A stretch of DNA of 64,000 nt from Candidatus Oxydemutatoraceae bacterium (lineage in GTDB: Bacteria > Pseudomonadota > Gammaproteobacteria > Poriferisulfidales > Oxydemutatoraceae): assembly GCA_965218975.1 (NCBI GenBank), contig OZ244717.1, positions 928,001 through 992,000 of the forward strand, written 5' to 3'. Position 1 is the stretch's first letter, and every line of letters starts with the position of its first letter. The notes beneath the pieces were generated by a model that saw only the letters and a program-made list of their open reading frames with translations, searched no databases and was not told where the DNA came from. Both the position numbers and the translations under genes were made by a program. Shown here in pieces: positions 1-12,300 of the stretch.

Positions 1-189
1 ATGGCGGTCGGCAACTTGGATGGTAATCGGACGGTTAATATTGCCGATGTAACAGCGCTACGAGAAAGATTAACTCTCGGAGTAGGCCCGTATGATGCTG
101 CCAACCTTGATTTTAATCGTGCGGTGAACCTAGGCGATGATACGTTAGGGCAGGCAAGTATAGGTTTTTCAACACAGATATTTTATTGA
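1..189 (+). CDS. C-terminal end of a protein with a dockerin-like duplicated Ca-binding (EF-hand-like) motif; probably truncated by the window edge
   Basis: Two 12-residue loops, NLDGNRTVNIAD (nt 13-48) and NLDFNRAVNLGD (nt 103-138), have N/D at positions 1, 3, 5, 9 and 12 and sit at the extreme C-terminus. The ATG at nt 1 may be internal. Confidence 0.65.
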   Translation: MAVGNLDGNRTVNIADVTALRERLTLGVGPYDAANLDFNRAVNLGDDTLGQASIGFSTQIFY

Positions 190-234
190 TCAATTTATGA
201 ATGGCTGTGATTTCTTTAACTTGCAACAAGACAA

Positions 235-318
235 ATGCGGATGTTCGGTAACATTAGCAGTGTAGTCAAAGTTTTTAGCGTGGCGGCATTCATCGCTATA
301 GCGCCTGCTTTGGAAGCG
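235..318 (+). other. Sec signal peptide of the giant protein
   Basis: MRMFGNISSVVKVFSVAAFIAIAPALEA|QF has basic residues, a hydrophobic core and an ALEA cleavage region. No lipobox Cys or twin-Arg motif. Confidence 0.75.
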
Positions 319-3300
319 CAATTTACTCCTCAAGATTCTCCCGGTGATACGGACCCGACATTTTTATCGCAGATGGTAGGGACGCGAGACAATCAAGATT
401 GCTCAGCGGAGGAAGGGATACAATGTCGTTACGGGATGGATGTACGCTTTGGCAATGTCCGGGTGGAAGCAGGGCTTTTTCGGTTTGAGATTCAGCTCAG
501 AGCGCAGAGGGCAGCAGACGGCGAGCCTAATGGCACGCTTCCTGTCAGTGCGACAGCGCTAGGCAATGTTCTAAATTCCTCACAAATGTATATCCGCTAT
601 AAGTTGATCCATAGCAGCGAGGCATCTGTTTGGGGAGAGAACGCCGCCGCTGTCAGCCCTACCAACAACCCTACAGGCGCATGCCGCGCAGCGCTCGGTG
701 CGGACCTAGGCGCCACCCTAACGAACGATAATTCTCAGTTCCTGACAGCGTTTTATAGCTTCCGGGTTTATGGTAATGAGGAGTTTGAGGAGAACTTGAT
801 GACGCTTGGAAACGCGTCCATATATTCAAGCTTGGGTCCGAATTCCCCCTTAGTGTCAGGGCTAGCGGGGTATTTTATATTGGATGACGAAGCCTATAAA
901 ACAGTCATGAATGTCGGTTGTGCGATTTCACCCGAGGTGGTGGCAGCGGGTCGTCGGGCAGAGATGACGTTTCATTCCTTTGGCTTCAACGTTGCGTCTC
1001 AACTATGGGATATGAACAGATTCTCTAGGTATGCAGTGCGTGCAGTCAATAATCTGGAGTATGTTCCGCTCGATGGGGTTTCCGCTTATATTGAACATGC
1101 CCGCTTGGCGGATACCAACCGGCACGCGTTGATTCGATTTAACACCGATTTACCGGACGAAGATGTCGTCACAACGACTGCGTCTTATACGGTAGCACGT
1201 TTCTTTGACGGTTCCGCACCGGCGGTTTCATTTGCCGCTGAAAATGTTCTCAAACTGGACGCGAGGACCGTATGGGTAACATTTCCGGAGACGTTCGCAA
1301 CAGCTGTCAGCGACTCGTTTTTGGAAAATGTGTTGCTGCGGGCGACCTTCACCGGACAGGACAGCTACATCGCCGCGGTTTACGGGAATGAAGCGCTGTA
1401 CCGTGTCGGAGTTTTGTATGGAAACGAAGCCTCCGGCTCTCAATTTACTCCGCCAAGAATTGCTCAAGCGACTATTAGTGAGGATAACCGGACGGTTGAG
1501 CTTGTTTTTTCGGTGCCCGTGTCGAGCAATGCGCAAGGGGATGAGATACTGGTGCCGGAAGACTTTGAGGTTGTTTTTTACCCGGGCATTTCTGCGAGGT
1601 CAAGCAGCATTGTCGAAGTAACTCAAGTGGAGGAGGTTGATCCGAGCAGGTATAGATTGACACTAGATATCGAGGGTGCGGATCTTGGCGAAATCACCGG
1701 AGACGAATACTTGCTGATTAAAGGCGCTGAAAGGAGTGAAACAGAATTTTACATCAGCACTGCGACAATTTTTAATCGGGAGCGTGTGCACAGAGACTTA
1801 ACTGAAGTACAGGTGGATGTGGCTGCTCTAGGTGTGGGAATGGCGACAGGCGATTATGGTGTCGGCATGCGCGACTTGCCAGGCAATGCGCTGCTACAAA
1901 TGCGCCGGTCGAGTGTTGACATCAACGTGGCACCGGTATTCAGCGATGCGGAAAGTTTTGAGGTCAACGAAGGGCAGACGGTAGTGGGCACGGTGACGGC
2001 TGAGGATGCGAACATAGAAGACGAGGCAATGTATTTGATTACCGACGGTGCGGATCAAGCTCAGTTCACAATTGACCCGTCTTCGGGCGAGTTGAGATTC
2101 ACAACCGCACCGGACTTTGAGAATCCGGCGGATGAGGGTGCGAATAACGTTTATATGCTCATCGTGACGGCGACCGGCGGCACGGACGCTCGGGCATTGA
2201 CAACAACGCAAGCGATTACGGTGACGGTGCTGGATGTGTCGACGACGGTCACGATTACGGCGGCGGAGCCGACGGTAACGGAAGGCGAGCCGGCGGTATT
2301 CGTGTTTGAGCGGACCGACGCGACGGATGCATCGACATTGACGGTGAACATTACGGTAGACGATTCCGGCGGAGTGCTTGCGGATGCGGAGCCTGATACG
2401 ATTACTTTTGACGCCGATTCTGCAACAGCGGCGCTTAACCTTGCCACCATTGATGATGCGTTTGACGAAGACGACAGCACGGTGACGGTTACCGTTGTCG
2501 CCGGTATAGTTTATGCGGTCGGCACTGAGAATAGCGCCGAGGTGCGAGTGGTCGACAACGATGATGCACCGGAGTTGGTTTTGTCTCAGACCACCGTTGA
2601 AGAAGGGGCTGAGATTACTATCTCTATAGATAACAGGAGGAACCAGTCGGTATTAGCGGTCACGTTCGAGTTTGACGGCACGGCGATGCCTGAGAACGAC
2701 TATATAGTAACGACGCTCGGAGGTTCACCGCTGTTGTCACCGTATAATGTGACTATTGAGATTTCTGCGCGGAACCGAGTTGCTGTACTAAGAATAAGGA
2801 CGGTAGACGACCAAGTGGACGAGGCAGATGAGACGATTGAGATAACCGCGCGGCATGAGGGCGGCATAATCGGCGAGGAAACGATTATGGTCATCGACAA
2901 CGATGCGCCGCCGGAGTTGGATTTGTCGGTGAGCGCGGTAATGATTGATGAAGGCGAATCGGTCGATATTACGCTAGAGATCACGAATGAATCGGTATAT
3001 GCCGAGAATCAAACGATCGCGTTAGAGTTTACCGGCAATGCGACGACTACTGCCGACTATACGGTTGACGGCTTGCTGCTACAGCTGCCGTCGTATGAGT
3101 TGACTTTACCGGCGGGAGAATCTGCGGCAAGCGCAACGATCATGGCGCTGATAGACGCCATGACGGCTGAGGGAGATGAGACTATTATGATTACCGCTCG
3201 GCATGAAGGCGAAATGATCGGCGACAAGGCAACAATCATGATCATTGATAACACGGCGCCGGTATTCAGTGATCCGGTAAGTTTTGCGGTCAACGAAGGG

Positions 3301-6300
3301 CAGACGACAGTGGGCATGGTGACGGCTGCGGATGCGAACACGGAAGACGAGGTGACGTATTCGGTTACCGGCGGTGCGGATGAGACCTTGTTCGCCATTG
3401 ACGACCCGTCTTTGGGCGAGTTGAGTTTCGTCACTGCACCGGACTTTGAGAATCCGGTGGATGCGGGTGAAGACAACAACTACATGCTCATCGTGACGGC
3501 GACTGGCGGCACGGACGCTCGGGAATTGACGACGACAGAAGCGATTACAGTGATGGTGCTTGATGTGGATGAGTCGACGGTAACGATCACAGCGGACAAG
3601 GCGTCGGTGACGGAAGGCGAGCAGGCGATGTTCACGCTTGAGCGGACTGCGCCGACGGATGTGGAATTATTGGTGAGAATCACGGTAGGGGACCCCGGCG
3701 GAGTGCTTGCAGCAGCGGCGCCTGAAATGGTTACTTTTGACGCCGGTTCTACAACAGCGGCGCTCAGTCTTGCCACCATTGATGATATGATTGACGAAGC
3801 CGACAGCACACTGACGGTTACCGTTGTCGCCGGTATAGTTCATGAGGTCGGTATTGAGAATAGCGCTGAGGTGCGGGTGATTGACGTCAACGTGGCACCG
3901 GTATTCAGTGATGCGGTAAGTTTTGAGGTCAACGAAGAGCAGACGATAGTGGGCACGGTGACGGCTGCGGATGCGAACACGGAAGACGAGGTGACGTATT
4001 CGGTTACCGGCGGTGCGGATGAGACCTTGTTCGCCATTGACGACCCGTCTTCGGGCGAGTTGAGATTCACAACCGCACCGGACTATGAGAATCCGATGGA
4101 TGCGGATACGGATAACGTTTATACGCTCACCGTGACGGCGACCGGCGGCACGGACGCTCGGGCATTGACAACAACGCAAGCGATTACGGTGACGGTGCTG
4201 GATGTGCCGACTACAATTACAATTACAGCGGACGAGGCAGAGGTCACAGAAGGCGAACCGGCGATGTTTACACTCAGCCGGACAGACGCGACGGATGCGC
4301 CGGCATTGACAGTGAACATTACGGCAGTTGAGATCGGCGAAGTGCTTGCGGATGCGGCGCCTAGTACGGTGACTTTTGACGCCGGTTCTGCGACAGCGGA
4401 GCTCAGTCTTGCTACCGTCATTGATGAGATGATTGGCGACAGAACGGTGACGGTTACCGTGAACGCCGGTGTGGGTTATGCGGTCGGTAGTGAGAATAGC
4501 GCCGAGGTGCGGGTGATCGACATCAACGTGGCGCCGGTATTCAGCAGTTCGGAAAGTTTTGCGGTCAACGAAGGGCAGACGATAGTGGGCACGGTGACGG
4601 CTGCGGATGCAAACACGGAAGACGAGGTGACGTCGTATTCGGTTACCGGCGGTGCGGATGGTGCCTTGTTTACCTTCGCCGACCCATCTTTGGGCGAGTT
4701 GAGTTTCGTCACTGCACCGGACTATGAGAATCCGACGGATGCAGATACGGATAACGTTTATACGCTCACCGTGACGGCAATCGGCGGCACGGACGCTCGG
4801 GCGTTGACGGCGACGCAAGCGATTACGGTGACGGTGCTTGATGTGCCTATGACGATCACGATTACGGCAGACGATACAGAGGTCACGGAAGGCGAACCGG
4901 CGATGTTTACACTCAGCCGGACCGACGCGACGGATGCACCGGTATTGGCGGTAAACATTACGGCAGTTGAGGTCGGCGAAGTGCTTGCGACTGCAGCGCC
5001 TAGTACGGTTACTTTTGCTGCCGATTCTGCGACAACGATGCTCAGCCTTGCCACCGTCATTGATGATACGTTCGGCGTCAGAACGGTGACGGTTACCGTG
5101 AACGCCGGTGTGGGTTATGAGGTCGGTATTGAGAATAGTGCTGAGGTGCGAGTGGTTGACGTCAACGTGGCGCCGGTATTCAGCAGTTCGGAAAGTTTTG
5201 CGGTCAACGAGGGGCAGACGGTAGTCGGCACGGTGACGGCTGCGGATGCGAATCCGGGAGACGAGGTAACGTATTCGATTACCGGCGGTGCGGATGAGAC
5301 CTTGTTCGCCATTGACGACCCGTCTTCGGGCGAGTTGAGATTCACAACCGCACCGGACTTTGAGAGTCCGGCGGATGCGGATACGAACAACAACTACATG
5401 CTCATCGTGACGGCAATCGGCGGCACGGACGCTCGGGCGTTGACAACAACGCAAGAGATTGAGGTGACGGTGCTGGATGTGCCGACTACAATTACGATTA
5501 CGGCGGACGAGGCAGAGGTCACAGAAGGCGAACCGGCGATGTTTACACTCAGTCGGACCGACGCGACGGATGCGCCGGCATTGACAGTGAACATTACGGT
5601 AGATGCGACCGTCGGAGTGCTTGCGACTGCGGCGCCTAGTACGGTGACTTTCGACGCCGGTTCTGCGACAACGGAGTTTAGTCTTGCCACTGTCATTGAT
5701 GAAATGATTGGCGACAGAACGGTGACGGTTACCGTGAACGCCGGTGTGGGTTATGCGGTCGGGATTGAGAATAGCGCTGAGGTGCGGGTGATTGACATCA
5801 ATGTGGCGCCGGTATTCAGTGATGCGGTAAGTTTTGCGGTCAACGAAGGGCAGACGATAGTGGGCACGGTGACGGCTGCGGATGCAAACACGGAAGACGA
5901 GGTGACGTCGTATTCGGTTACCGGCGGTGCGGATGGTGCCTTGTTTACCTTCGCCGACCCATCTTTGGGCGAGTTGAGTTTCGTCACTGCACCGGACTAT
6001 GAGAATCCGACGGATGCAGATACGGATAACGTTTATACGCTCACCGTGACGGCAATCGGCGGCACGGACGCTCGGGCGTTGACGGCGACGCAAGCGATTA
6101 CGGTGACGGTGCTTGATGTGCCTATGACGGTCACGATTACGGCAGACGATACAGAGGTCACGGAAGGCGAGCTGGCGGTGTTCACGTTCAGCCGGACCGA
6201 CGCGACGGATGCACCGGTATTGGCGGTAAACATTACGGCAGTTGAGGTCGGTGAAGTGCTTGCGACTGCAGCGCCTAGTACGGTTACTTTTGCTGCCGAT

Positions 6301-9300
6301 TCTGCGACAACGATGCTCAGCCTTGCCACCGTCATTGATGATACGTTCGGCGTCAGAACGATGACGGTTACCGTGAACGCCGGTGTGGGTTATGAGGTCG
6401 GTATTGAGAATAGCGCCGAGGTGCGAGTGGTTGACGTCAACGTGGCGCCGGTATTCAGCAGTTCGGAAAGTTTTGCGGTCAACGAAGAGCAGACGATAGT
6501 AGGCACGGTGACGGCTGCGGATGCAAACACGGAAGACGAGGTGACGTCGTATTCGGTTACCGGCGGTGCGGATGGTGCCTTGTTTACCTTCGCCGACCCA
6601 TCTTCGGGCGAGTTGAGTTTTGCCACTGCACCGGACTTTGAGAATCCGGCGGATGCGGATACGAACAACAACTACATGCTCATCGTGACGGCGACCGGCG
6701 GCACGGACGCTCGGGCGTTGACAACAACGCAAGAGATTGAGGTGACGGTGCTGGATGTGCCGACTACAATTACGATTACGGCGGACGAGGCAGAGGTCAC
6801 AGAAGGCGAACCGGCGATGTTTACACTCAGCCGGACAGACGCGACGGATGCGCCGGCATTGGCGGTAAACATTACGGTAGATGTGACCGTCGGAGTGCTT
6901 GCGGATGCGGCGCCTAGTACAGTGACTTTCGACACCGGTTCTGCGACAACGATGCTCAGCCTTGCCACCGTCATTGATGATACGTTCGGCGTCAGAACGG
7001 TGACGGTTACCGTGAACGTCGGTGTGGGTTATGAGGTCGGTATTGAGAATAGCGCCGAGGTGCGGGTTGTCGACGATGATCTGCTGCCGGACTTGGTTTT
7101 GTCGGTGAGCGCGACCACCATTGATGAAGGGGCATCAGCCGATATTACAATAGAGATCAAGAACGATTCGGTATTTACCGAAGATCAAACGATCACGTTA
7201 GAGTTTGACGGCGATGCGACGCCTGAGGAGGACTATGCGGTATTGGTTGAGAATTTACCGCTGTCGCCACCGTATGAGTTGATTTTGCCGGCGGGGGCAT
7301 CTGCGACAGTCGCAACGATAATGGCGAAGGCAGCCGACATGACGGATGAGGGGGATGAGACAATTATGATTACCGCCCGGCATGGTGGCGACACGATCGG
7401 CGAAGAGACGATCACGATCATTGATAACGTGGCGCCGGTATTCATCAGTGCGGCAAGTTTCGAGGTCAACGAGGGGCAGACGCTAGTCGGCACGGTAGTG
7501 GCTGAGGATGCCAATAGCCTAGACGATGTTCTGTACGTGGTTCAATCTAATGACTCTAATGACTCGTCGCCGGATAGCGCTCTGTTTTCAATCCTCTCGC
7601 TCACAGGCGTACTGAGATTCGAGACGGCGCCGGATTTTGAGGCTCCGGCAGATGCGGATATGAACAACGAATACATAATTACTATTTTGGCGTCCGATTT
7701 CAATGGGAGCCTAAGCAATCAAGGGTTAACGGCACGCCAAAGAGTTACCGTTATGGTGCGTAATGTGGTTGAGTCGACGGTAACGGTTACAGCGAACCAG
7801 GCGTCGGTGACGGAAGGCGAGTCGGCGATGTTCACGTTGGCTCGGACCGTGCCGACGGATACGGAATTAATGGTGAAGATTACGGTAGATGATCCCGGCG
7901 GAGCGCTTGCAACTGTAGCGCCTGAAATGGTTACTTTTGATGCCGGTTCTACGACAGCGGCACTCAGTCTTGTTACTATTGATGATGCGTTTGACGAAGC
8001 CGACAGCACACTGACGGTTACCGTTGTCGCCGGTATAGTTCATGAGGTCGGTATTGAGAATAGCGCTGAGGTGCGGGTAGTTGACGATGATCTGCTGCCG
8101 GAGTTGGTTTTGTTGGTGAGCGCGACCACCATTGATGAAGGGGCATCAGCCGATATTACAATAGAGATCAAGAACGATTCGGTATTTACCGAAGATCAAA
8201 CGATCACGTTAGAGTTTGACGGCGATGCGACGCCTGAGGAGGACTATGCGGTATTGGTTGAGAATTTACCGCTGTCGCCACCGTATGAGTTGATTTTGCC
8301 GGCGGGGGCATCTGCGACAGTCGCAACGATAATGGCGAAGGCAGCCGACATGACGGATGAGGGGGATGAGACAATTATGATTACCGCCCGGCATGGTGGC
8401 GACACGATCGGCGAAGAGACGATCACGATCATTGATAACGTGGCGCCGGTATTCATCAGTGCGGCAAGTTTCGAGGTCAACGAGGGGCAGACGCTAGTCG
8501 GCACGGTAGTGGCTGAGGATGCCAATAGCATAGACGATGATATCGCGTATGGAATTTTTGTTAATCCCTCGTATCTGGATAGCATTCTGTTTCCAATTTT
8601 AATCCACCAGTTCACAGGCGTACTGAGATTCGAGACGGCGCCGGACTTTGAGGCTCCGGCAGGTGCGGATATGAACAATGAGTACGTGTATGCTATTACG
8701 GCGAACAGTAGCAGAGGCACCGGTCGAGCGTTAACGACATTCCAAACGATTACCGTTATGGTGCGTAATGTGGTTGAGTCGACGGTAACGGTTACAGCGA
8801 ACCAGGCGTCGGTGACGGAAGGCGAGCCGGCGATGTTCACGTTGGCTCGGACCGTGCCGACGGATACGGAATTAATGGTGAAGATTACGGTAGATGATCC
8901 CGGCGGAGCGCTTGCAACTGTAGCGCCTGAAATGGTTACTTTTGATGCCGGTTCTACGACAGCGGCACTCAGTCTTGTTACTATTGATGATGCGTTTGAC
9001 GAAGCCGACAGCACGCTGACGGTTACCGTTGTCGCCGGTATAGTTCATGAGGTCGGTATTGAGAATAGCGCCGAGGTGCGGGTTGTCGACGATGATCTGC
9101 TGCCGGACTTGGTTTTGTCGGTGAGCGCGACCACCATTGATGAAGGGGCATCAGCCGATATTACAATAGAGATCAAGAACGATTCGGTATTTACCGAAGA
9201 TCAAACGATCACGTTAGAGTTTGACGGCGATGCGACGCCTGAGGAGGACTATGCGGTATTGGTTGAGAATTTACCGCTGTCGCCACCGTATGAGTTGATT

Positions 9301-12300
9301 TTGCCGGCGGGGGCATCTGCGACAGTCGCAACGATAATGGCGAAGGCAGCCGACATGACGGATGAGGGGGATGAGACAATTATGATTACCGCCCGGCATG
9401 GTGGCGACACGATCGGCGAAGAGACGATCACGATCATTGATAACGTGGCGCCGGTATTCATCAGTGCGGCAAGTTTCGAGGTCAACGAGGGGCAGACGCT
9501 AGTCGGCACGGTAGTGGCTGAGGATGCCAATAGCCTAGACGATGTTCTGTACGTGGTTCAATCTAATGACTCTAATGACTCGTCGCCGGATAGCGCTCTG
9601 TTTTCAATCCTCTCGCTCACAGGCGTACTGAGATTCGAGACGGCGCCGGATTTTGAGGCTCCGGCAGATGCGGATATGAACAACGAATACATAATTACTA
9701 TTTTGGCGTCCGATTTCAATGGGAGCCTAAGCAATCAAGGGTTAACGGCACGCCAAAGAGTTACCGTTATGGTGCTTGATGTGCCTACGACGATTACGAT
9801 TACGGCGGACAAAGCAGAGGTTACGGAAGGCGAGCCGGCGGTGTTTACATTCAGTCGGACCGACGCGACGGATGCGCCGGCATTGACAGTGAACATTACG
9901 ATAGATGCGACCGACGAAGTGCTTGCGGATGCGGCGCCTGGTATGGTGACTTTTGACGCCGGTTCTGCGAGAACGGTGCTTAGCCTTGCCACCGTCATTG
10001 ATGAGGCGTTTGGTGTCAGAACGGTGATGGTTACCGTGAACGACGGTGTGGGTTATGAGGTCGGTATTGAGAATAGCGCCGAGGTGCGGGTGATTGACGT
10101 CAACGTGGCACCGGTATTCAGCAGTGCGGAAAGTTTTGAGGTCAACGAAGGGGAGACGGTAGTCGGCACGGTGACGGCTGAGGATGCGAACATAGAAGAC
10201 GAAGTGACGTATTCGATTACCAACGGCGCGGATCAAGATCAGTTTACTATTAACTCGTCTTCGGGCGAGTTGAGTTTCGTCACCGCACCGGACTTTGAGA
10301 ATGCAGCGGATGCGGACGGAGACAATGCATACATGCTCACGGTGGCGGCAATCGGCGGCACGGACGCTCGGGCGTTGACGACGACGCAAGCGATTATGGT
10401 GACGGTGCTTGATGTGCCGACGACGATTACGATTACGGCAGACGAGCCGATGGTAACGGAAGGCGAGTCGGCGATGTTCACATTCAGCCGGACCGACGCG
10501 ACGGATGCGCCTGCATTGACGGTGAACATTACGGTAGATGATCCCGAGGGGGTGCTTGCGGCAGCGGCACCTGAAATGGTGACTTTTGCTGCCGATTCTG
10601 CGACAACGGCGCTCAACCTTGCCACCATTGATGATACGCTTGAAGAAGACGACAGCACGGTGACGGTTACCGTGAACGACGGTGTGGATTATGCGGTCGG
10701 TATTGAGAATAGTGCCGAGGTGCGGGTGAACGACAACGACGGGCCGTTCACGATCTCGTTCGTCCAGAGCGAATATACGTTCAATGAAAGGGACTCGGTA
10801 GTTGTCATGATCAGACTGAGCGGCGAAAGACCGCTGCGCGGCGCTGTAAGCGCTACTATCTCGACAATGGAAGGCAGCGCGCTCCATCCTGAGGATTATA
10901 CCCTGGTTAATTCTAGGTTTTCATTCGGCCCTAGCGATTCTATCCCTGCGCTGCGTTCTGAATCTCTTTCTCGTATCAATGACGCGATTTTCGAGACCGA
11001 AGAATTCTTTTCGGTGAGAATTAGATCTGTAATGGCATCGGATCCCGCCGATGAGGTGGTGATCGGTCAGGGCGAAGCGACGATTACCATCATTGATAAC
11101 GATTCGCCTCCTATCTGGAGTTTAGACATGTTGCCGAGTAGTGTCAGTGAAAGTAGGGACACCGCGGTGCCGATTGTGATGAAGCGGATGCGTGATTTAC
11201 TTGACAGAGGATATCCGCTGACGCTTGAGTTGGGGGGGACGGCGACGTTCGGCGAAGACTACGTTATCACGGATATGGATGACAATCCGTTCGCGTTACC
11301 GCTTACATTCCCTGCGCCGTATATTGCCGATGATGTGTTTGATCTTCGGACAGATAAAACAGTCGAATTCGGCTTAGTGATAACAGACGACGCGGTGTTT
11401 GAGGGAGCCGAGACGATTGAGCTGCGATTAACTACGACGGACCCTGACGTTACGATAGGCAGCGATACGACTCAGACGATCACGATCATTGACGACGATA
11501 CGACGCCGGTGTTGTCTCTGTCGGTGAGTGCGACCACCATTGAAGAGGGAGCATCGGTCGATATTACAGTGATGACGAACGAGTCGGTATATGCCGAAGA
11601 TCAAACGATCACGTTAGAGTTTGCCGGCGATGCGATGCCTGAGGACGACTATACGGTAATGGTCGACAGCTTGCCGCTGTCGTCGCCGTATGAGTTAACT
11701 TTGCCGGCGGGGTTGTCTTCGGTAACCGCAACGATCATGGCGACAGACGACCGAGCGGACGAAGCGAATGAGACGATCACACTAACCGCCCGGCATGAAG
11801 GCGACACAATCGGCGAGGAAACGATCACGATCATTGACGATGATGCGGCGCCGGAGTTGGATTTGTCGGTGAGCGAGACCACCATCGACGAAGGGGCATC
11901 GGGCGATATCGAAGTGGGAATCACGAACGAATCGGTATTTGCCGAAGATCAAACGATTACGTTAGAGTTTGCCGGCGAGGCGACGCCTGAGGACGACTAT
12001 ACGGTAATGGTCGGAGGTTCGTTGCTGTCGTCGCCGTATCAAGTGATTTTACCGGCGGGGTCGTCTTCGGTAAGCGCAATGATCATGGCGCTAATAGACG
12101 ACATGACGGCTGAGGGGAATGAGACGATTATGATTACCGCCCGGCATGAAGGTGAAATGATCGGCGAGGTAACGATCACGATCATTGATAACACGGCGCC
12201 GGTCTTCAGCGATGCGGTAAGTTTTGAGGTCGACGAAGGACAGACGACGGTCGGCGTTGTGACGGCTGAGGATGCGAACCCGCAAGACGAGGCAATGTAT

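Noticed and set aside
1378-1431. Short peptide duplication YGNEA...YGNEA
   Set aside because: The DNA copies are diverged and too short to interpret.
11232-11238. G7 tract repeated in the LELGGT motif as a phase-variation switch
   Set aside because: It is short, explained by TTG GGG GGG codons, constant in length across copies and interrupted in the last copy.
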